Assembly: GCA_035509435.1 (NCBI GenBank) | Contig: DATJLR010000007.1 | Span: 65,555 to 129,554, forward strand | From: Minisyncoccota bacterium | Lineage (GTDB): Bacteria > Patescibacteriota > Minisyncoccia > UBA6257 > 2-01-FULL-56-20 | Reading direction: 5' to 3' | DNA length: 64,000 nucleotides | Shown: positions 1 through 8,730 of the stretch, piece after piece | Layout of the letters: each line of letters opens with the position of its first letter | Position numbering within the stretch: the first letter of the stretch is position 1 | Made by a program: the position numbers and the translations under genes | Notes under the pieces: model-generated | The model's database searches: none | The model's input: the letters and a program-made list of their open reading frames with translations, nothing else | Told to the model about the DNA's origin: nothing

Positions 1-160
1 CTATCTCTATGATCTTCTTCCCGCGAACCGTGCCGAGCAGTTTTCGCACCACCGGATCAATATCGGTGTATTGATGATAGACGCCGCGATCGCGCGCCTC
101 GGCGTGCCACCACGAGGCCATTTTATCCCATTCGGCGGTTGGTTTGCGGCGGGAAGGCAT
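1..160 (-). CDS. Class I SAM-dependent methyltransferase, N-terminal part (runs off window start)
   Basis: Own translation MPSRRKPTAEWDKMASWW...LLGTVRGKKIIEI, the typical lead-in to SAM motif I; TATCAT -10 box just upstream of the ATG. Confidence 0.6.
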   Translation of the reverse strand, partial: MPSRRKPTAEWDKMASWWHAEARDRGVYHQYTDIDPVVRKLLGTVRGKKIIEI

Positions 161-210
161 GGGGTAATGATAGCAAGAAAAGAGGAGCCTCGCGAAAAGG
201 CCCCTCTCTA

Positions 211-930
211 CTATTTCTTTAGCTTCCCAACGAAGAGAAACGCATTGCGAGTACGTCCATCGCTAATCCCAAGGGACCGCTCGAACCACTCATTTACTAC
301 GGGATCAGCACAACCTGGTATGGTTCCGTACAAGCAAGACTTATAAAGATTCTCTATCCTGAATGTACGTAGGTCGAGACCTTCCCAGCGCCTCTTCACA
401 TTTAAGGCAACGGCTAAGCTACGAACTTCCGACGACGTTCTTTTCATTGAGGGTCTGGGATAGACTTCCTCGCAAAGAGACTCCGCAAAGCAGAACATAA
501 TCGGATTTTGGGTGGTAAAAGCCAACCAAGGCAACCCGACGTTTTCGATGAGGGCCTTCGATAGTGCCAACCCGGCCCCTCTTCCCTTGAAATCGGGAGC
601 AATGGCCACTCCGTGGAGATAAAAGATCCCTTCGGCTGCGAATAGTTGGGACGATGCGAAGCCGAGAATCTTTCCGTCGTCGTACAAAAACGCCAATGAG
701 TCGACGTTGATCAAATGCGCCCGCACTCCGTCGGGTCCATCTTTGTCGAGTTCGCTTCCGAAGCTTTCTGTCGTAATCTTCTCGAGCGCGCCTACGAGAT
801 GATCTACGAACTCCTGATTGTCATCGGCCAGTAATGCCGATTTCGGGTTGTTGAGGACCGCAAGATATGCATCGTGCCATCGTACGGACGAAGCGCCTTG
901 TTCACGAAGGAAAACTTCCCAGCTCTTCAC
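211..930 (-). CDS. GNAT-family acetyltransferase-like protein
   Basis: YLHGVAIAPDFKGRGAG acetyl-CoA binding motif A. Start moved to GTG 930 (G-rich SD) because ATG 987 abuts the -10 of a TTGACA-17-TATCTT promoter. Confidence 0.7.
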   Translation of the reverse strand: MKSWEVFLREQGASSVRWHDAYLAVLNNPKSALLADDNQEFVDHLVGALEKITTESFGSELDKDGPDGVRAHLINVDSLAFLYDDGKILGFASSQLFAAEGIFYLHGVAIAPDFKGRGAGLALSKALIENVGLPWLAFTTQNPIMFCFAESLCEEVYPRPSMKRTSSEVRSLAVALNVKRRWEGLDLRTFRIENLYKSCLYGTIPGCADPVVNEWFERSLGISDGRTRNAFLFVGKLKK

Positions 931-1049
931 GATACACCCCCTTTCTGTTTGAGAATTTTGAACATTACAAAACTCACATCTAGCCATAAGATAGCATCTG
1001 GCACCTGGAGTGTCAAATCAGAGAGGTCAACCCCTCTCTGTGGGCAAAT

Positions 1050-1871
1050 TTACTTAATGGCCCTTACCAATAACTCCGTTTTTTTAAAATCGATCCGAGA
1101 AGTATAGGGTTTTACATTGACCTCATTCCTTTTTGCAATACCGTTTTTTATTGAGGTACTTACAATTGCCCCATCTGCAAAACGAAATAGACCTTTCACG
1201 TTTTTACTATTAATTCCGCTTCCAATAAAAATCGGAAATCCCCCGAGTTTTTCTCTGAGAACATTAAGATCATCAGCACGAGGGGCATCCCCTGTCCATC
1301 TCCCAGTGACTATGAGAACATCTGCCCCACCTTTAATTGCCAAACTTGCAGATTCGAGAAGGGAATACTTGGAGAGCAGGGTGGCGTGTTTCACATGAAT
1401 GTCAGTGAAAAGCATGACATGTTCCGCTTGGATGGATTTCTGAAAAGATCGGACCGCCCGAGGATTCCCTTCCACGACGCCGTACTGGGTGCGAACCTTA
1501 TCCACAAACACAGGGATACGCACAAAATCGAGGTTGAGAACCTTTGAGATGGACAGTGCGGTTCGATAATCATTCCACAGAACACTGATTCCGAGCGGCA
1601 GTGTAGTTGCCGCCCGAAGTTCTTTCCCGAGAAGCGTCATACAGGCCACAACACCAGGATCAACAAATGCCTTATGGGGAACGTCATAATTATTTTCAAT
1701 AATAATTCCATCAACACCACCCTTCTGAAGAGACGATAGGTCGGCAAGCGCGTTTCGTAATGCAACCCTTAACCCAGGGAAGCCCGCATATCCAAGGAGG
1801 GGCGGGAAATGAATCGCGCCGATGATGATATTCTTTTCTTTTTTGAACATTTGGCGGACATTGCGCTTCAT
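1050..1871 (-). CDS. BtpA/SgcQ family TIM-barrel protein
   Basis: IHFPPLLG, GVDGIIIENNYDVP, DIHVKHA, GSG and DGAIVST motifs. Confidence 0.85.
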   Translation of the reverse strand: MKRNVRQMFKKEKNIIIGAIHFPPLLGYAGFPGLRVALRNALADLSSLQKGGVDGIIIENNYDVPHKAFVDPGVVACMTLLGKELRAATTLPLGISVLWNDYRTALSISKVLNLDFVRIPVFVDKVRTQYGVVEGNPRAVRSFQKSIQAEHVMLFTDIHVKHATLLSKYSLLESASLAIKGGADVLIVTGRWTGDAPRADDLNVLREKLGGFPIFIGSGINSKNVKGLFRFADGAIVSTSIKNGIAKRNEVNVKPYTSRIDFKKTELLVRAIK

Positions 1872-1899
1872 AAGACTTATAATATCTCAAAATAAAGGT

Positions 1900-1931
1900 T
1901 AAAAAAAGCCGATGGCGAGAGTGCCATCGGC
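1900..1931 (-). terminator. Intrinsic terminator after trpD
   Basis: GCCGATGGC/GCCATCGGC stem followed by a T7 tract on the minus strand. Confidence 0.75.
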
Positions 1932-1956
1932 AAGGTCAGGTGATAACCCAGGGTCA

Positions 1957-3126
1957 TTAGCTGACGAGAATCGGAACACGGGCGGCAATAGATTGAGCTT
2001 TTTCAAAATCTTTGCCTTGAAGGTGGATGCCTTTTGCCATGTCATAACACTCTCGAAGGTTTTTGGAACGACCCGCGAGATAAAACAATGCTGCGGCATT
2101 AGCCAAAACCATCTGCAGGGCAGGACCGCTAATCTGCCCGGAAAGAATTCTTTTTGAGAATTCTCCCTTGCTCATGCCAACAGGAGGAGTGATTTCCGCC
2201 CTGCTTACAGAGCGAAGGCCAAAATCCTCTGCCGTGAGGAAATATTCTGAAATCTCTCCATTCTTGAGCTCCGTGACCTGCGTTCCTCCAGGACAGATAG
2301 AGATTTCGTCCATCCCCTCATATCGTTTTGAATCTACAAACCCTCTCACAAACATGCCATGTTGCAGGTTAGTAATACCCCGGCGGTTGAGGATCTGATA
2401 CACTTCCGCGACAACATGCGGCGGTACAAGGTGATTTACCCCCAGGACCCTCCGAGAAAGCAGTTGAGGGTGCAGAGGATTAGTGATTGGGCCGATAATA
2501 TCGTTCATGTGGGGAAGTTTGGCAAGCGCATGGGTTTGTGAGTGAATACGCTTATAGTTGATATCAAGCGCCTCAGTATATCCAAACCCTTCTTCCTCAA
2601 CGCTGGCTTCGACACTTAGCCTATCGGCACGGGTGTCAATGCCCAAGGAAGCGACGAATTCCGAGCTTCCATGGCGTCCTTTATCGGCATTTGCTGGAGA
2701 GCCATGCTTGCACATGGGAATCCCGGCGGCGGAAGCGATTAGAGCGGCCAACGTGCTTACGTTCGCCGTGACGACAAGATCGCCCCCCATCCCGCAATTG
2801 TCCATTGCGTAGGATACTTTGGGGTGGAGAAAACCTGAGGGCGATACCGCAATATCATGCTCAAAGACCGCTGCACAAATCCCGGCGATTTGGTCAGCCG
2901 CAGAACGAGGGAGAGCGTGGCCATGTAATGCGCTTTGATCATCATTCCAACGCCACGCATAGGTTGCTTTGTTGTGCAGTGCGGACAATGCCGCAATGCT
3001 CTGGATCTGGGCCAAGGGATCGCCGTTGCACCCCTTAAGTGTATAGCGTCCCAGGTCGTAAGCCTCATCGAACGTCAACGGCACGTTCTGATAGGCGTGA
3101 TCCTTGAGGATATGCTTGATGTCCAC
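1957..3126 (-). CDS. trpD: Anthranilate phosphoribosyltransferase (TrpD-like)
   Basis: DNCGMGGD, TANVST, KHGS, GPITNP, GMDEIS and NAAA motifs; GGAGG SD before the GTG. Confidence 0.85.
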   Translation of the reverse strand: MDIKHILKDHAYQNVPLTFDEAYDLGRYTLKGCNGDPLAQIQSIAALSALHNKATYAWRWNDDQSALHGHALPRSAADQIAGICAAVFEHDIAVSPSGFLHPKVSYAMDNCGMGGDLVVTANVSTLAALIASAAGIPMCKHGSPANADKGRHGSSEFVASLGIDTRADRLSVEASVEEEGFGYTEALDINYKRIHSQTHALAKLPHMNDIIGPITNPLHPQLLSRRVLGVNHLVPPHVVAEVYQILNRRGITNLQHGMFVRGFVDSKRYEGMDEISICPGGTQVTELKNGEISEYFLTAEDFGLRSVSRAEITPPVGMSKGEFSKRILSGQISGPALQMVLANAAALFYLAGRSKNLRECYDMAKGIHLQGKDFEKAQSIAARVPILVS

Positions 3127-3233
3127 ACGTACCTCCGTTGGTGATTTATTTTTGAATTGTTAAACAGCTATTCAGCACGTTCCGTGCTGATGAGCATTCG
3201 CTATACCCAAGGATATTAGTGACCGCTCATCAA

Positions 3234-3351
3234 CATAAAACGAAACCTCTCGCAAAGCCGAGAGGTTTTAAAAAGTGCTTTAGATATACACTCAACTCAG
3301 GCTTTGCAAAAAGTCATCTTAATCCACCACCAATTGACGGATGAAAGCCTG
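3234..3351 (-). promoter_or_regulatory. Trp transcription attenuator (1:2, 2:3 antiterminator, 3:4 terminator)
   Basis: CAGGCUUU (3344-3351) pairs with AAAGCCUG; GCAAAGCCUGAG (3296-3307) pairs with CUCGGCUUUGC (3252-3262); terminator AAACCUCUCG/CGAGAGGUUU plus U-rich tail. Confidence 0.85.
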
Positions 3352-3356
3352 TTCAT
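3297..3356 (-). CDS. trpL: Trp leader peptide MNRLSSVNWWWIKMTFCKA (19 aa)
   Basis: Three tandem TGG codons in a short ORF lying between a sigma70 promoter and an attenuator upstream of trpD. Confidence 0.85.
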   Translation of the reverse strand: MNRLSSVNWWWIKMTFCKA

Positions 3357-3368
3357 ATCAATATCAAA

Positions 3369-3397
3369 AGTGTAATAAAGCCTTAGAAGATTGTCAA
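3369..3397 (-). promoter_or_regulatory. Sigma70 promoter of trpL-trpD
   Basis: TTGACA-17 nt-TACACT. Confidence 0.8.
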
Positions 3398-3440
3398 GCA
3401 CGATACACATCAACACGCCCTACGCTCTTTAAAGTATAAA

Positions 3441-3472
3441 GAAAACGGGGCTTGCAATTGCAGCAAGCCCCG
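3441..3472 (-). terminator. Intrinsic terminator after the trpS-CM/MTase unit
   Basis: CGGGGCTTGC/GCAAGCCCCG stem plus T tract. Confidence 0.7.
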
Positions 3473-3491
3473 ACCCGAAAAACACTTCCCC

Positions 3492-4625
3492 TCATGCCGC
3501 ACCTTCCTTTGCCCCGGTCACGATCACATAGGCGCCGGATTCGGACGATGCGAGTTGCCGATCAACCTGTAATACGGCGTCTCGGGCCCGCTCCGTACTA
3601 AATAGATAGTTCGGCAGAAGAGGGCTCACGGTGGGATAGGTCATCCTCCGATTGATCTTCATCCCGGCAGGGAAAAAATCTTCCGCTTGCTCCACGCTAT
3701 AAGGCTTGGCGTAGACGGAAAATATTTCAGCGCCCACCCGGACGTCGAGACAAGACTTCTGATTATTGATGCCCGCGGCCAAATTTACCGGCCACGGCAA
3801 GAAGTCCCATTGATAAACGAGGGCATCGAGGTTATAGAACGAGAAGAAAAATCTCCCCCCCTTCCGCAAAACCCTTTGGGCCTCGCCGATCAAGTCCCGA
3901 ATGTTCCAGATATCGCTCGCCGTTCCGAGATTCATCATCACGAAAGACGCCGAATCATTCTGGAGAGGAATGCCATCCTCAAGGTCAACTTCTTGGAATC
4001 GGACCCTTTGCAGCCATCGGTGGTCGAGTTTACGACTTGCATTCTCGACCATATGACCGCTGAGATCATATCCCACTGAACGTTTGAACTTATCTGCCAA
4101 CCGGAAGGTCTGGGCGCCAGTCGCACAGCCAAGGTCGACAAAAAGCTCAGCGTCGTTCAGCATGTCAACTTCCTGCTCAAGCATCAGGTTCTCAAAATCC
4201 CGATACGCACGGGAGGCGAAGAACTCGCTGCCGTATTGCTCGTCGTACACGGGAGCAATGCGTTCAGTGAGTTGCAAGAGGTTTTGTTTGAGAATTTGAT
4301 ACCATTCCTCCTCATCTTGGGTGTCATAGGGAGGGTTGTATATCCCTTGAAGCTGGATCATCTGCTGCTTGCACGATTCTCCGATAATGTTGTACAGCAC
4401 CGCCGCCGCGAAATTCGGGTTTAAACCGATTTTCTCGGCCAGCTTTTGCACCCGGAGCAGGCGCTCACCTTCTTTTTCGCGCCGGAAGATGGGTTGATCG
4501 GTGGCACGTTTGTACGCGCCAACATCGAGAGATAAAGCCATTCGATGAGCCATGAGAATAAGCAGAAGCTCATCCACGGACTCAAGCCTGGCCCCTAACT
4601 GCTCAAGGTTGAGCGATCGGATCAT
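3492..4625 (-). CDS. AroQ-type chorismate mutase domain fused to a class I SAM methyltransferase
   Basis: N-terminal LESVDELLLILMAHRMALSLDVGAYK...ESCKQQ (CM type II pattern); C-terminal VDLGCATG, GYDLS and RVLRKGGRFF. Confidence 0.75.
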   Translation of the reverse strand: MIRSLNLEQLGARLESVDELLLILMAHRMALSLDVGAYKRATDQPIFRREKEGERLLRVQKLAEKIGLNPNFAAAVLYNIIGESCKQQMIQLQGIYNPPYDTQDEEEWYQILKQNLLQLTERIAPVYDEQYGSEFFASRAYRDFENLMLEQEVDMLNDAELFVDLGCATGAQTFRLADKFKRSVGYDLSGHMVENASRKLDHRWLQRVRFQEVDLEDGIPLQNDSASFVMMNLGTASDIWNIRDLIGEAQRVLRKGGRFFFSFYNLDALVYQWDFLPWPVNLAAGINNQKSCLDVRVGAEIFSVYAKPYSVEQAEDFFPAGMKINRRMTYPTVSPLLPNYLFSTERARDAVLQVDRQLASSESGAYVIVTGAKEGAA

Positions 4626-4650
4626 AGGCCTTCTTTCTGTAGCGAAAGAG

Positions 4651-5646
4651 TCAATAGAGAACGATCCCCATCTTATCTCTCACCACTTCAATGGTTTCAA
4701 CAACGCGAGCGCGAGCTTTTTTGCCTCCTTCGCGCAAGACATCCTTCACATAGTCGTTTTGGTCGGCAAGCTGAGCTCGTTTTTCCTGAAATGGCTCCAA
4801 GATCAACGCAATACTATCGGCCAGCTTGTGCTTGCATGCGACACATGAAATCTGCGCAGCGGAACATGCCTTGCCAATTTCACGGGTTTCCGTTTCCCCG
4901 GCAGTGATAAGTTCGTGTACCGGGTAAACTGACATGCACTTCGTGTAAGGATGGCCCGGATCAGAGGCGCGCAAGCGACTCGGGTCTGTAACTCCCTTCT
5001 TAAGGTAGCGTTCCCGAATGACATCTATTGAGGCATTGATATCGATTGCGTTGTCAGCTTCCGACTTGCCCATCTTTGCCCCATCCAACCCTGGCACTTT
5101 GATCATTTGCTCCATCATGCCCGGGACGACGAAGGTTTCCCCATAACGGTTGTTGAATTTTCTCGCAAGAGCCTGTGCCAGCTCAACATTCGGCACCTGA
5201 TCCTCGCCAACGGGGATAAGCGTAGCCTTTGGCCCAAGGATATCCGCCGCCATAAGCACCGGATAGGTGATTAAGCCAAGCGTAACATTGTCTGGTTGTT
5301 TGCGCACCAGATCCTTGAACGTCGGAATGCGCTGGAGGTCGCCGAGCTGCTGGATCATGCTGAGGTACAGCGAAAGCTCGGATATCTCCGGCACGCTTGA
5401 CTGGGCGTAGATGATTGACCGCTCCGGATCAAGGCCTGCAGCAAGATAATCTTTCACGATTTCGATCAGGTTGCCGCGCAGTTCTTCCGGATCGCTCAAG
5501 GTGGTTAGGGTGTGAAGGTCAGCGATGAAGTAGAGACACGTATTTTTTGGACGCTGAAAATCCACAAAATTACGTACCGCGCCGAGGAAGTTTCCAAAAT
5601 GGAGCCTCCCTGTCGCACGAATTCCGGAAAGCACAACATGGGACAT
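4651..5646 (-). CDS. trpS: Tryptophanyl-tRNA synthetase
   Basis: SGIRATGRLHFGN (HIGH), YPVLMAADIL, VPVGEDQ-like IPVGEDQ, KMGKS. Real start is MSHVV at 5646; the longer ORF is an extension across the neighbouring gene. Confidence 0.93.
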   Translation of the reverse strand: MSHVVLSGIRATGRLHFGNFLGAVRNFVDFQRPKNTCLYFIADLHTLTTLSDPEELRGNLIEIVKDYLAAGLDPERSIIYAQSSVPEISELSLYLSMIQQLGDLQRIPTFKDLVRKQPDNVTLGLITYPVLMAADILGPKATLIPVGEDQVPNVELAQALARKFNNRYGETFVVPGMMEQMIKVPGLDGAKMGKSEADNAIDINASIDVIRERYLKKGVTDPSRLRASDPGHPYTKCMSVYPVHELITAGETETREIGKACSAAQISCVACKHKLADSIALILEPFQEKRAQLADQNDYVKDVLREGGKKARARVVETIEVVRDKMGIVLY

Positions 5647-5763
5647 AACAATCTCCTTTATTGGGATAATCGAAGTCTGTTGTAAAAGAACAACAAACCA
5701 ATGTTCTGCCCATAATATATCAATTAAAATATAATTTGTCCATATTATGATATACTCCAATAA

Positions 5764-6831
5764 ATGCCCTTCCTCCCCCTCCCCAAGCTTCATCCCGGCG
5801 ACAAGGTCGCCATCGTTTCGCCGAGCTTTGCCGCGCCGGGCAAGTGGCCGCACGTGTATGAGCTCGGACGCCAGCGCCTGAAGGAGATCTTTCAGCTTGA
5901 GCCGGTGGAATTTCCCGCGACGGCAAAGCTCGGCGCAAGTGCGGCCGAAAGAGCGAGCGACCTCGTCGCCGCCTTCGAAGACAAAACGATCAGGGCGGTG
6001 ATCGCATCGCTCGGCGGCAATGATCAGGTGACGTACATCAAAAATCTTCCGCCCGAGCCGTTCGTGAACAATCCCAAGCCGTTCTTCGGCTTCAGCGACA
6101 ACACGCATTTCGAAAACTTCCTCTGGCTGCACGGCATCCCGTCGTATTACGGCGCATCGCTCTTTACGCAGTTTGCGATGCAGGGCCGCATGGACCCGTA
6201 TACGATCGGCTATCTTAAACACGCGCTCTTTGACGAAGGCGAGTTCGAGCTCGCGCCGAGCGACACGTTCAATGAAATGGGACTCGACTGGAACGATCCG
6301 GCCAATCTCACAAAAGAGCGCGTATACGAAAAGAATGACGGGTGGTATTGGGATGCGGGCGCAAGCGGCAGCGCGGCATCCAGTGCGCCGGGCACGACAA
6401 GCGGTATCACCTGGGGCGGCTGCGTGGAGTCGATCGACGAGCTCTTGCGCCATGGCATCGCCATCCCCTCTCTCGCTGATTTTGGAAATATCGTCTTACT
6501 CGCCGAAACATCAGAAGAGGTCCCGTCGCCCGATTACGTGTTCCGCGTCTTCCGCGCGCTCGGTGAGCGAGGCATTCTCGCCAGAGTAAAAGCCGTGATC
6601 GTCGGCCGCCCGAAAGCGTGGGAATTCAACCATCAGGCCACGCCGGACGAGCGCCGCGCGTACCGCGAAGCCATGCGCGAGATCGTCCTCCGCGTCGTGC
6701 GGACTTACAATAAAACGATCCCCGTCATCCAGAACTTCAACATCGGCCACACCGACCCGCAGATCGCAATGCCATACGGCCGCACGGTTCGGATAGACAC
6801 GGCTGCGCGGAAGGTGTTCGCGGAATTTTGA
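5764..6831 (+). CDS. S66 family LD-carboxypeptidase / MccF-like peptidase
   Basis: VSPS, GG-D, GFSDNT, LLAETSEE and GHTDPQ catalytic motifs. Confidence 0.9.
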   Translation: MPFLPLPKLHPGDKVAIVSPSFAAPGKWPHVYELGRQRLKEIFQLEPVEFPATAKLGASAAERASDLVAAFEDKTIRAVIASLGGNDQVTYIKNLPPEPFVNNPKPFFGFSDNTHFENFLWLHGIPSYYGASLFTQFAMQGRMDPYTIGYLKHALFDEGEFELAPSDTFNEMGLDWNDPANLTKERVYEKNDGWYWDAGASGSAASSAPGTTSGITWGGCVESIDELLRHGIAIPSLADFGNIVLLAETSEEVPSPDYVFRVFRALGERGILARVKAVIVGRPKAWEFNHQATPDERRAYREAMREIVLRVVRTYNKTIPVIQNFNIGHTDPQIAMPYGRTVRIDTAARKVFAEF

Positions 6832-7647
6832 TCACTTCTTCTTCCGTTTCCCTCCCCCGCCCTTCCGCCACTTCACGGCCGACAGTAGCGGATAATACAG
6901 ATCTTCCTGTGTGCGGATCTCAAATGACGAAAACGGCTTCCGCGACCCGCGCAGTTTCGCCCCGAACCGCACCCAGGGCACGTCGGTCACGAGCGCAAGC
7001 GGCGTGCACTCGGCGCCCTCGCCCATGAGTGCTACTGCCGCGGCGGCGAGGGAATCCGGGATGTTCTTCTGCGTCATCTTGAGCTCGCGGCCAAAAAGGT
7101 CACGCGAACCGCGATAATCATGGAGCGGTGCAAAGCCGTAATGGGCGAGCGAGATGCCGAGCACGCCCCGCCGCAGCGGGATCGTATGCGAGTCGCTAAT
7201 GATCACGCCGAGTTCGCGCACGCGGTAGCGGCGCCGGAGCCATGCCCACAGCTGGCGCGCGGACGCCGCCGGCGAGCGCGGCCACAGGATGTAAAAACCG
7301 TCGGCATTGCTCTCGTCCACGCCCGCGGACGGAATGAAGATATTGTTCTTGACCGTGTGCATGCACCACGCGCCGGGCGTCGCCTCGCGCGGCAGATAGA
7401 GGTCCGCCTCGCGCATCGTGAGCGCGTCCTTCTCACGCCTCGCGCGCGCGGGATCAAAATGCCCGCGGCCGCGGCGTTCAGGATCCTGCAGCACGGGCAC
7501 GCATCGCCCCTCCCCGATGCTCACCACTTTGGAGGTGACAACGACGATGCTCTTCTCCGGCAGCGATCGGATCGCGCCGCCGATCGCGCGAAAGAGATCG
7601 TCCTTCGGTGGGTGGAGCACGGCGGTTTTTATGGCTTTGATCTTCAT
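6832..7647 (-). CDS. CofE-like gamma-glutamyl ligase (F420:Glu ligase / FolC2-like)
   Basis: TSKVVS, AGVDESN, VIISDSH, PLRRG, DLFGREL and MGEGAE motifs. Confidence 0.85.
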   Translation of the reverse strand: MKIKAIKTAVLHPPKDDLFRAIGGAIRSLPEKSIVVVTSKVVSIGEGRCVPVLQDPERRGRGHFDPARARREKDALTMREADLYLPREATPGAWCMHTVKNNIFIPSAGVDESNADGFYILWPRSPAASARQLWAWLRRRYRVRELGVIISDSHTIPLRRGVLGISLAHYGFAPLHDYRGSRDLFGRELKMTQKNIPDSLAAAAVALMGEGAECTPLALVTDVPWVRFGAKLRGSRKPFSSFEIRTQEDLYYPLLSAVKWRKGGGGKRKKK

Positions 7648-7685
7648 GCGTTAATGATAGCAGACCGCGCCGCCCAAAAAGAAAT

Positions 7686-7902
7686 AAAAAACCGCACGCG
7701 AGGTGGGTTTGGTTCTAAAAAGGATTCTTGCAAAAGTTGGTGCAAGGGCCTTCTTCATGGGTGGTAATCCCCTGAGGATGGCCCTTGCGAAAGGGATGGC
7801 TGATTGAACGGTGAGTACTCACCGGACCGAAGGAGGAGGTCGCAGCACCATGTTGCTGCTCGCACAGTTTCCCTATATCCTGATCTTGTCTATCGTTCTG
7901 CT
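7686..7902 (-). ncRNA. Candidate ~215-nt structured RNA
   Basis: TTGACT-16-TATACT promoter (7936-7909), internal hairpins (7742-7789, 7810-7824), terminator-like hairpin with U tract at 7686-7710; no convincing ORF. Confidence 0.4.
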
Positions 7903-7963
7903 ACTGCTAGTATACTACTACAACGACGGAAGTCAAGCTTATCAGAGAGCCCGTAAAACTTGA
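7850..7963 (+). CDS. Possible 37-aa single-TM peptide (type I toxin-like)
   Basis: MLLLAQFPYILILSIVLLLLVYYYNDGSQAYQRARKT preceded by AAGGAGGAGG. Confidence 0.35.
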   Translation: MLLLAQFPYILILSIVLLLLVYYYNDGSQAYQRARKT

Positions 7964-8017
7964 ATTGCTGGCGGACGGAGGACGGTGATCCGCCGCCCGC
8001 CAGCCAATGCTTCGGGA

Positions 8018-8575
8018 CTAGTGGGACCAGATGATCTGGCCCTTATAGCCCGTCGCGAGCCTTACCTGTTGATCTATCCGCTGGTCAAAGCGGATATTGT
8101 GAACCGCGGCCATCGAGTTGATCGTCCCCTTGAGGACGTTCATCCCTATTCCGACGGTTCGCCAACGCCCCCCACGTGCATAGAGTGTGCGGCTGTATCG
8201 GTCGATCATGGCATTCATCGCCACGTTAGCAACAACTGTGCTAACTGTGTCGCGTTTGCCAAAGACGCCTGCCCAGCCGTTCTCTGTCGTGTAATAGGAA
8301 GTGAGGTATGAGCCGTCACTCCGTTCCGCGACCGTGGGGTGCCCCAGCAACCTTGCGGTTGTGGTCATATCAAATGCCGTCCCTCCGGCAAGGAAGAGCT
8401 CGGATGCCCTGAACGCGCGGCCGGGTTTTTGTGGAACCCGCCTCGGCAAAGGAGCATCCGGCCTTTCAATGCCCAGAAAGGACGTGCTTTGAGAGTTGGC
8501 TGGCAATGGGGTTACGAGGCCCATCGCCAACAACGCGCCGAGAAACAACCGGGCGCGGATGGTAGCAAGGTACAT
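8018..8575 (-). CDS. Hypothetical exported protein
   Basis: Signal peptide, PDAP linker, hydrophobic helices; AGGAG SD. Confidence 0.7.
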   Translation of the reverse strand: MYLATIRARLFLGALLAMGLVTPLPANSQSTSFLGIERPDAPLPRRVPQKPGRAFRASELFLAGGTAFDMTTTARLLGHPTVAERSDGSYLTSYYTTENGWAGVFGKRDTVSTVVANVAMNAMIDRYSRTLYARGGRWRTVGIGMNVLKGTINSMAAVHNIRFDQRIDQQVRLATGYKGQIIWSH

Positions 8576-8730
8576 GGTAGTACTCTCCTTCTAGCATCAG
8601 CAACGATGTTCTGTCCTGTGTGCTCCAAAAATTCTACCATACATTTGCGATTTTGGCAACCCCCTCTCTTTTCCCTCTCTATTAAAACGAAAACAGCCCC
8701 AGGCAAAAGCCTGAGGCTGTTTGAGTTGAA

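Noticed and set aside
5647-5763. T-box or attenuator upstream of trpS
   Set aside because: Too short, no T-box consensus or terminator; only divergent AT-rich promoters
5647-6453. Apparent 270-aa N-terminal extension of TrpRS
   Set aside because: It is the antisense shadow of the S66 peptidase plus intergenic DNA; TrpRS motifs start at 5646
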